64,000 nt of DNA from Camelus ferus (GCF_009834535.1 NC_045696.1:48672001-48736000); one strand, 5' to 3'; counted from the first letter of the stretch, positions 1-12,739 are shown. Numbers and translations are program-made. The notes: a model not told the origin generated them from the sequence alone.

Positions 1-1094
1 CTGTCTAGACAGTGTTAAAATGTATATTTTCTTGCTGTGGAAATGGCCAAACTGAAATAACATCTGTCAGCACATTTATGACAGAAAATAAACAGAACCT
101 AAGCAACGTTTTCTTACCCTTGCCATGATAAAAGAAAATTTTGAGCACTGTGCAGAGGAATAATGCTAACAAGACATGTTCTGGATGGAAACTATCTGGT
201 TAGAAGACCTGATTTACGGCATGTATAAAATAAGTGCTGAAGCAGATCTTGCTATGTGACATTGGAAACTAATGCTGAAACAGCTACCAAGTTTCATGGA
301 TTTATTTATTGAAAGCTATAGATTCAGATTCTCAGATAAAGAGCTCGCTTTGGTAATGCTGTTAGTCTTTTAACAGAAAAACACATCAGGAAGCCACTGT
401 ATGGGTTTGATGTAGAAGCAGCACCGTAAATCGGCACCTCCTTTAAGAGCGAGGAGGCTAGACCCTGCTGAGACTACAATAGCTCCTGATTAAGGACGGC
501 AAGCTTTTGCATGGAATAATAGAATGGGAGTGGTTAAAAGGATCTTGGAGAGTCTCATTTTCAAATGCCTCTATTTACATACTGAAAAACGAAGGCCTGG
601 TGAATTCAAATGTTATATATAAATTCACATAGCTCTAATACACAAGTTACTTTCACACTTATATGTAACATATAAGTTACTTTCTCTGTTAAATATTACT
701 TCCACTAAACTATTCCTGATTGTGGGAAAGTAGAGTGCTTTTCTGTTCTTTTTTTTCTTTCCTTCTGAAAATTGTAACTTTCAATGAGTTCTTAATTTCA
801 GGCGGACTGCTTGCCTAACGCTTCTTGGTTCCTTTTATATACGTGGGAGAGCAGTAAGCCAGACCAGGCCTACAAATCCACCTCTACTTAACCCTCTGGT
901 TTTGAAATTTTGTGATTAGACAGAAGGGTGCTCTATTATCAGCGTGACGCACAAGCAGTCTTAACAACTTTCGACCTCCCGTAGGAAGCAGGCGGCCCTG
1001 TGAACTAGGAGAGACTGTAAACAAATCCCTGCAGGGGCCAGGCAGGCAGTGAGTAATACGGATGACTGGAGACCCCAAGCCTCATCTAAAGCGA

Positions 1095-1340
1095 GGAGCA
1101 GCTACTCAGCGCCAGCCAGTTTTTACAATATAGAAATAGATCCCAGTGTTGCCAGGTATTCACATATTTCTTAAAAAAAAAAAAGCCAAAATCCAAATTT
1201 CGCCATGAAGTCTCCCAATATTTAAGCATTGGAAACAGCTTTAATTTTGCTTAAACTGTGAGCCAAGTGAAATGCATCTCTCAGATGTAAGAGATGTATG
1301 TGTTAGATGGAATGTAGACCTCGGGCCACTAATATGTGAG
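1095..1340. mobile_element. Decayed hAT-type non-autonomous DNA transposon (MER-type)
   Basis: Motifs 'cccagtgttgccag', 'tgaagtctcccaatatttaagcattgg' and 'ctcgggccactaatatgtga' resemble the internal and terminal motifs of old hAT MITEs; subfamily not assigned. Confidence 0.45.
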
Positions 1341-2329
1341 TTGAGAGATTCAGTCACCCAGCATCCGAAGCCAAGAATCCTTTCCCATCAGTGAAATCTA
1401 AAGCTGGTACTTAGTGTACATGGCTGGCTGGAACTGACTTGTAACCCTGCCATGTTTGGTCATCCTAAAATGGCCTTAGATTTCAGATTAGTTATTGACT
1501 CTAATTTCTAAGGGCTGAGTCAATGTCAGCCAAATGTTCTGGCAGAGTTTTCAAGAATCTTCTGCTGAGAAGGACGGTCATATTTATACACAACCTAAGG
1601 CACTCATTGATAACATGCTCCAAGTTAAACTCATCACCCAGAACAAACACAGTCATCCATTTTTCTCCAAATACTCCTGCTCACTGAAAATTCATGCTAC
1701 CTTTCAGTGACCTCCGGGCTAGACTCCTTTGAAAGTGACATTCACTTGAGTCAAGCCCCCATGTGTAAACTGTATGTTAGGCAGTGTAACTGGAATTACT
1801 GGTTGCCTGTTCTGGGAACTGGCTTGAATCTCCAGCAGCCACATTATTTCGTACCCTTAACATCCCAACAGTCCCTGGCTTATCACCTAATTGAACTGAC
1901 TATGGAGATTTTAGAAATTGGTTGAACAAATTTCAGGACTGTGCCAAGACTCTTAGGCACCAAGAAAGTGGGAATTTGTATGTTTTGTTCATATTTTACA
2001 CACTTGGTACTTTATTCATTCTTCACTTAATCCTTACACTAGTTCTGTAAGCTATGCTTTCTAGCCCAGTTGTACGGAAGGGGAGCTCAGAGCCCAGTGG
2101 GAATATATAAAATCTATCTAACTTCAAAATCAAAAATCAAATCCTAAAGTCTGGAATTTTATCATATTAAATTTTTTTGACTAAAAAATTATTTTTAACA
2201 CAGGACTCTTAGAAAATTCAGAAAGCAAACAAAATAAGAAAAAGTTATCTACAAGTTTACTAGCCAAAAATGATCATTTATTTAATTAACGCATAACCCT
2301 CAATTTAAAAATGTATTTTATTTTATAAT

Positions 2330-2770
2330 ATAGGAATATTACTGTATGTTTTTTTATTTAACAATTTCTTTGGGAACATTTTCTCATTATTGAATAGCCT
2401 TTTAAATGTAATTTTTATATCAGCATAGAAATACATTTTATACATTTAGCATAATTTATCTATTCACTCCACCTCTGTAAGCCATTTAAGTAACTAAGGT
2501 TTTATTCTCCTATAAACAAAGCTGCAATGAATTGATGTTAAAACTTTGAACCAATCAAACATGATGCAATGAGTGGGTTGAAGCAAAGTCACCATTTTAA
2601 GATTTGTTTTTCAGAAAGTTTGGACCTATTCAGTTTCTTACCAGCTGTGTACGAAAGTCCCATTTACTCAATTCTTCCTACTGTTAAAGGTATATAAAGC
2701 TCCTAATTTAATCAGCCAAGTCTTGCCACTTATGTTGATTTGTTGTTAGCGAGGTTAAGTATGTTCCCAA
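2330..2770 (-). mobile_element. Old L1 (L1M/L1ME) 3' fragment, left part
   Basis: Antisense L1 motifs 'tataaacaaagctgcaatgaa', 'ccagctgtgtacgaaagtcccattt' and 'tagcgaggttaagtatgtt'. Confidence 0.6.
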
Positions 2771-2799
2771 CATCATAACAGCATCAGGGACTTGCAGAG

Positions 2800-3030
2800 C
2801 TTCTAAGCATGTGAACTGTTAGATTAGATTGTTTGGGTTTAACCAGGCTCAACCACTACTGTGAGATTTGGGGAATGTGACTGAACCTCTCTGTGACTTA
2901 GTTTCCTCATCTATAAGATAAATAAGAGAATAATCATAGCATTTAACTCACTAGTTTGTTTTGAGAATTGATAGGTTAACACTGTAAAGTGCCTAGAACA
3001 TGCCTGACACAATTATAAACACAATGAACA
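2800..3030 (+). mobile_element. MIR SINE
   Basis: MIR core 'gaacctctctgtgacttagtttcctcatctataagat...tgtaaagtgcctagaacatgcctgacaca'. Confidence 0.85.
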
Positions 3031-3044
3031 TTCCCTGGTATTCA

Positions 3045-3455
3045 CTACATATATTTATCTGTCATTTGTGTTTCTTCTTCTGCAACATACATTTCATATT
3101 GTGGTCTACTTTTCTAATGAAGAATTTTTCTCTCATATCGATGTTTAAGAGCTTTACATTTTTCATCAATATTTACCACTTATATTATATATCTTGCAAA
3201 TATTTTCCCCCAACGTGTCATCTGGCTTCCAATATTGTTTTTGGTGGTTATTTTTACTGCCGTATATTTCTTGCTTGTATGCTAATGGATTTATAATCAG
3301 TTGCTTTATTGACAATGTATACCTTTGCTTGTAGGCTTCGGTAGGTTTTCTCATGCCAAAAACAGAAGGATATTTACCCATTGTTAGTTGTCTAGCAATT
3401 TTGTTCTGTGTATGTAAATATTTAGTCCATTTGGAATTTATTATTGCTGTATAGC
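3045..3455 (-). mobile_element. Old L1 fragment, continuation of 2330-2770
   Basis: Antisense ORF2 motifs 'atatttatctgtcatttgtgtttcttc', 'ttgcaaatattttcccc' and 'tttagtccatttggaatttatt'. Confidence 0.65.
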
Positions 3456-3460
3456 ATGAT

Positions 3461-4520
3461 TATTCATTCACTTATTCAGGCATAAGTCCTGGATTTTTGA
3501 GCAGTGAACCTGATGGGTTTACAGTCTAATGGGGAACATAAGCAAGTAATTAATAAAGTGTGATAAGTGCTAAGACAAGGAAATGCAGGATGACATAGAA
3601 AGCCACTGGAAGGGCATCAAATACCAGCTATGAAAGCTGAAAAGCCTTCTCAGAATAATAATGTCTAAGAAGAAACCTAAAGGGTAAAGGGAAGAGAAGG
3701 CTTTTTGGAGGAAAAAGAGTACGTAGAAAGGTTCATGGTAAAGAACACATTGCAGGAAAGGGAGTTCGATATGACTAGAGCTTAGAGGAACAGAGGGGAT
3801 GAAGCATAGAGAGAAGTGAGGCTGGCAATGCTGACAGGCACCAGGTGGTTGAGGAACTCGTAAAACCAGAGGATATTCAACTCTGTCTGAAAAGAAGCAA
3901 GACTGACTCTGATGTTTTAAGCAGCATCAACATTATGTGGTTTATATTTTTAAAAGTATTATTCCAGCTTTGATGTGGAGGAAGATTTGTAAAGGGAAAA
4001 GAGGGGATACGGGGATCAATGGGCACCACTGCTTTCATCAGGCAAAAGGGAAGTCAGCAGTAACTTTACCAAGGGATACATTTCACAGCACAGTGCCAGG
4101 CTAATGCAAGTTTACAGGAGGTCAAAGAAATAGAGGTAATGCGTATGGAAATAACAAATTCAGTGAGTGTGTCTTTGTGTGTGTGTCTGTGTGTGTTTGT
4201 GTCTGTGTATGAGAAAAAGAGAGACAGACAGAGAGAAACAGAGAGAGAAAGAGATAGGGACAGGGACAGACAAAAAAGAGAGAATCAATATGGTGGAAGA
4301 TGAGGTAAATATGGTTTAATTTTTGTTAGTATTTTAAGAAGCAGCCCACATAAGAGAGCTTACATACTGATAGGAAAGAACCAATGAGTAAGACACTGGA
4401 CGAACAAGGCAGATAGGGCATGGTTAATAGTGCAAAGACCATGATGAGGGAAAAACCGATGAGAATGGAGTGCCAGTGGAGGGACTGGATTCAGAACGGG
4501 AAAAACACATCATCTATTAT
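3461..4520 (-). mobile_element. L2 LINE fragment(s)
   Basis: Starts with the reverse-complemented L2 3' end 'tattcattcacttattc', then 'tacagtctaatggggaa' and 'gttttaagcag'; purine-rich + strand. Confidence 0.65.
4167..4282. repeat. Compound degenerate (TG)n-(GA)n microsatellite
   Basis: gtgtgtctttgtgtgtgtgtctgtgtgtg followed by gagagacagacagagagaaacagagagag. Confidence 0.9.
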
Positions 4521-5604
4521 AACAAAGAGGAAGGTGGTGGGATGAATCAATGTAGATAAATACATATGACAAATCCAAAGACAGGAATTTTACATTTGAG
4601 AGGATCTAATTCCTCTGTGAAAAGAAACTTGAGATTATCTCAGTTTATTTGGATCACTAGCTGCTAAGGAGAAAAAAAAAGAAAGTTAAATGTGAAAACA
4701 GAAGAGTGCTGTGAGAGTTAAGGGTCTGTTTCATTTTGAAGGTAATACATTTATAGTGTAATATAGGAATTATGTTTACTTTTCCTAAAAACAACCAACT
4801 GCCTTACTAAACTTTTATTGTATAATCTACACTTCAGTCTAATTTGAAATACATGCATTAAAGCATCCAAAAATGATTAAGCCATTCTTCTTACTAAAGA
4901 ACATAAGAAGTTTTAAGAGGCAGAATTTGGGTCTTGCATAAGTGCTCAGTCAGCATTTGTTGAATGACTAAATAAATAAGAACGTGAATGAGTTAGTGAT
5001 GGATCAATTTCAAACCCGGAAGAAGAACTATCATAAGATTATATTTTTCAAATAGGCGCCAAAGTAAAAGAAGATGTGGAACACATGTGAAATTATATTT
5101 TCCTGAACTATCAGTTATACTTGACTTCTGTTGCAGGCCATGGCCAGACCAGCTGTCCACAGACCCTCCCGTCGTGGGCTTGGTTGGATAGCTGTCTGTC
5201 ATTTACCCAAGTGGCAATTTGTGATGCACATGTGTGACGTTTCATCATTTTTATATAACCTGTGGCTTATATAGCAAGTTGACTCTGGTGGCACTGTGGA
5301 AAACTGTGCCTGGAACTTTAATGTTGGATTCAAATGATGTAACTTGGTCAAGGTGGTTCCTGCAACTATCCGAATGTGGTAAGACTTTAGGGAATGTGGT
5401 GAGGCATGTAAAAGTCTTGGGAAGTTCTCAGTTGGGCTGATCCAAAGGTCAGCAGGGCTTTACTGTGGACACACAGAGTACCACCACCACCACCAACCCA
5501 AGGTCTTCTTCTTGAAACTTGGAGGGTTTTGCAGCCAGCCAAGCTCACCAGTCATCCCCAGCCCGGTGTTTGTTAGGGAGTCCCCAGTAAGAAAGTCTTC
5601 CTTG

Positions 5605-6463
5605 AGTCAATAACAGATTTCTAGTTACTGTGAAAGCAGAACAAGGTACTCCAAAACTTAATGGCTTAAAAACCATTATAGTTGAGGGGGGGTTGTGGTC
5701 AAGAATTTGGGAAGAACTTGTGTGAGTATTTCTGACTTGGGATTTCTCCTGTAGTTACAGTCAGTTTTCTGAATATTATTCTGGTCTGGACGTCCCAAGA
5801 GGGTCACTCCCATGTCTGGCTATTGATACTGGCTGCCAGCAGGGTTCAACTACAGCTGTCAGTCAAAACACACAGGCCTCACCAGTCAACATGGTGGACG
5901 CAAGTAGTCAGAGTTCTTACATGGTATCTGGATGCCCACAGTGAGTATCTCAAGAGATCCAGTGGAAGCTGCATGGTCTTTTCTGATATAGCCTCTAAAG
6001 TCATCCAGTGTGAATTTTGCTGCATGTATTGGAACAAATGAGTCAGTAAAGTCAGTCCAAATTCAAGAAGAGGGGTCATAGTTCTTATATCTCCATGAGA
6101 GGAGTGTGAATACATGTGTAGACATGTTTTAAAGTCACTGTTATAGTCTGTTCAGGCTGCTATAATAAAATATCACAGACAGAAATTTATTTCTCACAGT
6201 TCTGAAGGCTTGAAGTCCAAGACTGGGGTGCCGGCATGGTCTAGTGAGGGCACTTTTAGGGTTGCAGACTTCCAGCTTCTTGCTGTGGCCTCACACAGCA
6301 GAAGGAGTAAAGCAGCTGTCTCAGGCCCCTTTTACAGAGCACTCATATCACCTTATATCACCTTCCAGAGGCCCCACCTCCTGACACTGTCACACTGGCA
6401 TTAAGACTTCAACATGTGAATCTAGAAGGGACACAAACATTCAGACCACTAGCAGTCACCACA
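5605..6463 (-). mobile_element. Old MaLR LTR (MLT1G/H-like), interrupted at 6139-6454
   Basis: 'tactccaaaacttaatggcttaaaa' ... 'cagtccaaattcaagaagagggg' ... 'gacatgttttaaagtcac[insert]caca'. Confidence 0.7.
6139..6454 (-). mobile_element. MLT1A-like MaLR solo LTR with 5-bp TSD
   Basis: TG...CA ends, 'gttcaggctgctataataaaatatcacagac', 'tcaacatgtgaatctagaagggacacaaacattcagacc'; TSD gtcac at 6134-6138 and 6455-6459. Confidence 0.88.
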
Positions 6464-6934
6464 GCAATAAACTAAAATACCTGTCAATTTGAAAAGCATT
6501 CTTAACAGGACAGAGAAAAGTTATAGGCTCATGCTTAATGATTAGCTTTTAGTGGTGTGAAACTACTTTTGAAGAAATCAAACAGAAATATACAATATAG
6601 AGTAATTGCAGATACTTTGGCCACCCAGAGAAATCGAGATTTTTATATAGCATTCTACACTATCCTTTACGTTGCTGTAAAATGATGTATAACTTTGTTA
6701 AATATTCTGCCAAATCAATCCCTAACATTGAAAAAGTTCCTCTGAGTGCTTTTAATGAGATCATCTCTATTTTCTTAGTCTCACTAGTTCAATATTCTAA
6801 TTAGAAGTAATAGTAATTACCAACTCTGTAACAGTCATGAAAATTTTATTTGGCAAATATCTGACTACCAAGCTTAAAATTCCTGAAATTAAAGATATGA
6901 TAAACATTGAAAGGTAATGCAATTTTGTGATTAT

Positions 6935-7145
6935 ATACTTAAACTCTGAAGTCATGCATTCGGGGGTTCAAATCTTATCTCCTCTATGTATTAGCTGTTT
7001 GACGTTAGTTACTTATCTTGTATAAGCTTTAGGTTCATCTTTGGAAAAACAAAATGATACAATAAGTCCTCCTAGTTTTGTTGTAAAAATCAAATAAGGT
7101 AATACATGTAAAATACCTAGCATTTCATATAAATATTAGCTAAAA
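6935..7145 (+). mobile_element. MIR SINE
   Basis: 'ggttcaaatcttatctcctctatgtattagctgtttgac' ... 'taatacatgtaaaatacctagca'. Confidence 0.75.
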
Positions 7146-8969
7146 ATATCTTTATGAATTAACTCTATACCATTAGAATCATTAGGCTTACTCTTAGAGC
7201 ATGTTATTTCCCTTGTCAAAAATTAAAGAGTTGACTTCCTTAATAAGCTGATCTAAACCCAATTCACTAAAAGATTTCTTATGTCTAAATAAAGGTAGAT
7301 TCTAACTATGCATATCTGTTTGTAAAATTATCCATTTAGCCTAACAACTAAACATACCATATAAGTACCAAGTCTCTTCATATTGAATTTCTTAAATTAT
7401 AAGACTGTGGGTGGAGATCAAGAAAGGGCCCTTGGGGGAAAGACAGAAGCAAGACTATTTATTTGGACAATGTCTGTTTTATAAACTAACTTCAAAAATT
7501 ATACTTGACGTTACTGACTCAAATTCATAACTAAGAGAATTCATTATATTGCATGTAGAAATATGGGAATATTAAATGGAAATTTTTGTAAGTCAAAGAG
7601 AAATGTTTTTATTATAGCACTGAAGGTATTTCTCTGTAAACACAGATTTAAATAAGTGACATACAAATACATTTGTACAACATTGAAGTTTTATTTGCAC
7701 AAGTTTTTTTTGTTTGTATTACTCACAAATGACAAAGCTTTGGCAAATACAGCAGATCATGGCAAGAAAATGCCAATTTGATATTTGCATTTCTCTCTCA
7801 TAATATTAAAGTTTAGAGAAATGACCTCTAACATTCTACTTTAAAATACAGATTATTAATTTGCACTTATACATTTTACTGTGAAATGTAATGCATTTTT
7901 CTTAATCTCTTTTCATTTATCCATCATATATTTTTATAAGTAAGTCAAGAGAATAGGAAAAAAGTGAATGTAGATTCATATAAGTGCTCACATCCAAGAA
8001 TTATAAGAAATTATTCAGGGAGTAAAATAAAACACATTGAAAGGAATAAGATACTATAAAGAGAAATTATGACCCATGGCATTAATACAATTGAGCCACA
8101 AGATGTCAAAGAAGTAGCTTAACACATTCTTAATTTTGTCAGTTAAAAATTGAGAGAATTAGACCAGATGATAGCGATTCCTTTGAGCTAATTTCTGCTT
8201 AAATTAGTTAGGGTCTATTTCTCTTGGTTGCAACCAAGAATTTTGAGTGATTCAACCACCCATCTACTTACTTTCTCCTTCTGTTCAAGATTCTGATTTT
8301 ATTAACTTTCTTGTGTATATGCCCTTTGCTATGGGCTCTTTCAAAATCATTGAGTAAGAGGTGGGATGTGACTAAAATATAGTACACCATAATGGCTCTA
8401 GCAAGCCTTCCTTATTTTGCTGAAGACATGTGGTCTCATGGAAAGTTCTCTTGCTTCAAAGACATTTGTTCAATTTAGTTTCCACAAGGCATTATAAGTT
8501 CTGCTCCATAGTCATCATAATCTGAAGGACTCCCCCTACACGATCACTGCACATCATTACTCCGCACAGTTATTTGTTTCAGATTTACTAAGAATAAGTT
8601 AGATTTTCACTTACAGAGCTCATACCCACATGGTACTAAAGCGCCTAAGTGTATTCTGCTCTGTGTCATTTTGTTCAATTCTGCAATTCTGAACTACATT
8701 CTCTTACAGAACTCGGGTTAATACATCTTTGAAATCAATCATGTATATGCAACTTATTCCACATCATCTCCCAGACTCTGCGGGAGGAACACATTCATAT
8801 ACATGGTGCTGATCGGGGCCAGGTCTCGTAAAACATAACATACCCAGGCTTATGAAGTCTTGAAAGCCACGTAGTAAAGGTTAAAAGCAAGCAACAGGAA
8901 GGTGTTTTTGTTTTTTGTTTTTTAAATAATAAAAGAACATGAAGGTTCAATTTTAAGTGGATTTATCTG

Positions 8970-10230
8970 GACTTTATTTAACAAATTTGTATTCTACACC
9001 ATTATAGCCACTAATAATATGTCATTGAATAAAATGGGTATAATGTCTGCCCTCATGGACAAGATTTATTTTATAGATATATTCATAAATACAAATAAAT
9101 GTGTAATTGTTGATTAGAAAAGTGCTAAAGAGAGATACAGAATGGTAGTAGAGCAAATGTGCACGTAGGGTGCAGGGAAGGCGGACGTGGTGTGGGGAAT
9201 GCTCTCTTAGTGAAGAGACATTTAAGCTAAGAATTCAGGGGTGGATGACAATCCATAAAACACAAAGGATGTAGAAGAGTGTCCCAGGCAAATGAAGGTA
9301 CATAAGCAAGAGTTCAGATATAGGAAAAAGCACAGAATTTTTGAGGACTTAATGAAGTCTGAGGCAGATGAAGTGCAGAAAACAAGCAGGGGTGTGGTAT
9401 GAGCAGAAAATAGCCAAGGGGTAGATCGTATAATGCAAAGTCTTGTGAGGCCATGTTAAAAATATTGGTTTTTATTGCAGAACAATGGAGAACTAATGAA
9501 AGAAATCACTGAAATGAAGAAATAACCTGAAATATTTCTTTTTAAAAAAGCTCCGTGGAAAGAGGTAAAGTGTGAGGAAAGAGTGGACGTAAGGAAATCA
9601 GTTTGGAGGCCGTTTCAGTAATCCCCACGAGAGATGGTAGGTTTGGACTACAGAGTTTGTAGTGGGTAGAAGAGAATTAGGAACCATTTAAAAGCTATTT
9701 AAGAGATAAGGAGGACTGGGTAGAGAAGGAGAGTCCTTTAGAGCAAGTGTGAGATTCAGGATTTGAACTTGAGCAATTAGATGGTGATGACATTGCTTGC
9801 GGTAAGAAACTCTAGAGGAAGCCCTGGTGAGGGGTGGGAGATAATTCACATTAGGTCATGCTAATTTTGAAGTATATTTGAATTCAATAGCAGTGTTGAG
9901 TAGCAATTGTATGCACGGTCATGGGGCTAAGAGGAGAGAACGGAACTTGAGAGGCGAATTTGAGACAGTCAATGTTGCAATCCTAATTAGAGTCCTGGGC
10001 TTGGACATTAGGAGGTGGTGAGTGTGGAGTCTGAAGAGAGGAGTTAAAGGGCAGCCTTTGAAGGCTACAGCATTGAAAGCCCAGTAGAGTAGGAAGAGTC
10101 AGCAAAAGAAGCGATAAGCTATAGAGAGACAAGCAGGTGGAAAACTATGTGGTTATCAAATCCAAAGGAAGAGAGTATTTCCCACAGAAAGGAGTAAAGT
10201 ATAATGCACGTTTTTGAGATTCCAATTAAG
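8970..10230 (-). mobile_element. L2 LINE fragment
   Basis: 'ctgccctcatgga', 'gtgtcccaggcaaatgaa', 'ggccatgttaaaaatattgg', 'ggaggccgtttcagtaatcccc', 'caaatccaaaggaagagagtattt'. Confidence 0.8.
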
Positions 10231-11968
10231 AAAAAGAGCAGATAGGGTAGATTGGAGGTGGAGAAGGTTGGGGGAGGAGAAGTGAGTGGCTATCACTGCA
10301 ATTCAGGACACTAGCTAGGAGACCAAAATTGGGCCCTTGTGTGTTACCTTCAGTTAGGCCTGAAAATCTATGAATGGAAATTAAGAGGGTGTTAGACAAA
10401 AAGAAGTTTGGAAACTTGGACTATATAGCTCAGTAAAAGATATTATACATATGGGGTAAGGGAGGAGAAAGACTAGAGGAACATCTGAAGCTTCTGTCTG
10501 GCATCCTGGAAAATCTAAGGAGTGAAAGCAATGAGGGTGCTTGGAGAAGAATTGCATTGGAAAGAATATGATGCGTGCCGCTCGACTGCCAACACCTGCG
10601 TCACTCTGCAGTCACAGAAACGTTCTCCTTGCCTTTAAGTTTAATCCATTTTTTAAAATTGCTGTTGGAAAGTTGGAGTTGTCACAAATTTGATGACATG
10701 AAAAGTCTTAGGACAAAAACTGGGTCTTAAATTTGGCATTAGGCCTTGGTTAACTTACCCACTACATAGATAATAGAGACTTAGATTATAAATAAGATAT
10801 CTCCACATATGTTGTCATGTAAATGAAGCCTTTCAGTTCTTTGATGATGTGAACTGTCTGGAGAGCTATAGCCTGAGTCTTATTCCATAAGTATTTTTAT
10901 GCTGCAAATTTATGTTCTAAATAAAGGGGTAGACAGGTGAATAGAGGAGATTTCTGATGCTCTTGCAAAATATTTTCTATAAACTATGTTTTAGTTAAAT
11001 TTGTCTCATCGTTTCATGCTTGCTAATAAGACATCTCTTTGGCTGAGAATGGTTTCTGGCTCATCCAAGTAAAACTCACCTGCTGTGATGTTGCAGACAT
11101 GGATCGAGACTTGTCATCCTGTTCTCTTCAGCAGAATATGACAGGTAAGTAGTGAGCTCAGCATGCAGAGCAGGGAAGCCTGCAGAGGAAGACTCAAAAA
11201 AAGGGTTTCTAACTGTGCTTGGCCAGCACGAGGAGATTTACTTCCTAAAGATCCACATGACACGCCAAACTGAATATATTCATTCCCTTGGTTGTTAACA
11301 GTTCAGCGACTCTTCCTGACACCCCAACTATCTTATGACAACAGACGTCAAAAGAACAATGCATTTATACTGATCATATTTTGAAAACACAGTATGTGTA
11401 GCACAGATTGTTTGGTCTAAGATGTCACCAGTCACTGTGCTAGGTTAACCGGTCATCAAATTGGGCAAACATCAGTATTTGTGACTACCTTGTTTCACAA
11501 GTTGTCATTGTTAGGTCACCTCTAAAACTGTTCCCTTTCACAGAGCGTTTTGTTTCATATCACTTTAGCGCTGGCTTTGAAGTCATGCTGGCAAACCCAT
11601 GAGATTCTACTATGTCGCTAATTGCCCAAGAGGACATGAATCACTTTGGAGGCAAGAAGAGCATTTTCGCTTCTTATTCCAGGAAGAAGACGAAGCTAGG
11701 ATGTTTTGGAATTAGTCAAGAGGGAAAGAGTTATCCCTTTTATAATGTTTATAAAGCCAGATTCTATTACTTTTGGACAGCAAATCCTTTCCTTTGGGGT
11801 TCCAGCAGTTTTGCGGAACCAATATGGGAATACTTCAGAAAAGCATTTGTTATAGAAATTATCTGATTAACCCTGGTCTCAGACTACATGGGCCCCACTG
11901 AGGCATCTGCCAAGTAAACTTGTGTCCCAAGGCCAGAGCTACTGTGAATTTTCCTTCTGGGTGGAGCC

Positions 11969-12520
11969 ATTAGATAGTTAGATGAGTGGGGGCACCAGGT
12001 AGATAAGTAGAGGAGAGGGAGGATGGTCCAGAAGATGACATTATGCCCACCTTCAGCATAAAGGGACTTTATTTCTTCTAAATTAGTGCCAGCAAGAAAC
12101 TGGTTAGAATTTCGACAGTCACAACTGTGCAGTAGGAAAAAACAACTTAACCAGACATGACCCAGTGCTCATTGTAATATGTTTAACATGGCGGTTTAAG
12201 CCTCCCCCATGGGTTTTTCTGTATACACCATGGGTAAGGACATGCATAGAGGGGCCAAACATGACTAAGCATTCCAGGGCCAAGAGCTGTCAATCAATCA
12301 AAAGACCACCTTTAAGTGAGGGTATAAGAGAAAGGGGAGAAAGAAACTGCTGTTTTTCCTTCCACGGGCGAGGCTGCCTCCTGTTCTTAGAGGTGTACAT
12401 TTTCTTTCCTAAATAAATCTTTTAAAATCTTTCGCTACACAAGGCATCTTCTCCTGATTGTTGTCCTATCTTTCAGGTATGACAAGACCTGGGATCTCTT
12501 CTTTTCCTCTTGGGGTAACA
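11969..12520 (+). mobile_element. ERV solo LTR (~550 bp)
   Basis: Flanked by gagcc at 11964-11968 and 12521-12525; ends 'taaca'; TATAA at 12323 and AATAAA at 12412, in U3-R-U5 order. Confidence 0.8.
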
Positions 12521-12739
12521 GAGCCAGGGACAGAGTAACTGGAGAGGCGAGCCTGAACCTGATTCCTTATGAGTGCCAAGTGTTGATCTAAAGTCAAAAG
12601 TGCAAGAAGAGCAGAAAGGGTTACCCAGCTAAAGCTTAGGAATCAATTAAAATTGGAACAGTTAATTAAAATTGGGGTGCAGTTGAAAATAAGCCATTTA
12701 AGGTATATTTAACTGAAGCACCTGAAGTTTTATCTTCAG

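Noticed and set aside
12108..12120. 13-mer aatttcgacagtc shared with about 63754
   Set aside because: No flanking similarity; a match of this length is expected by chance in 64 kb.
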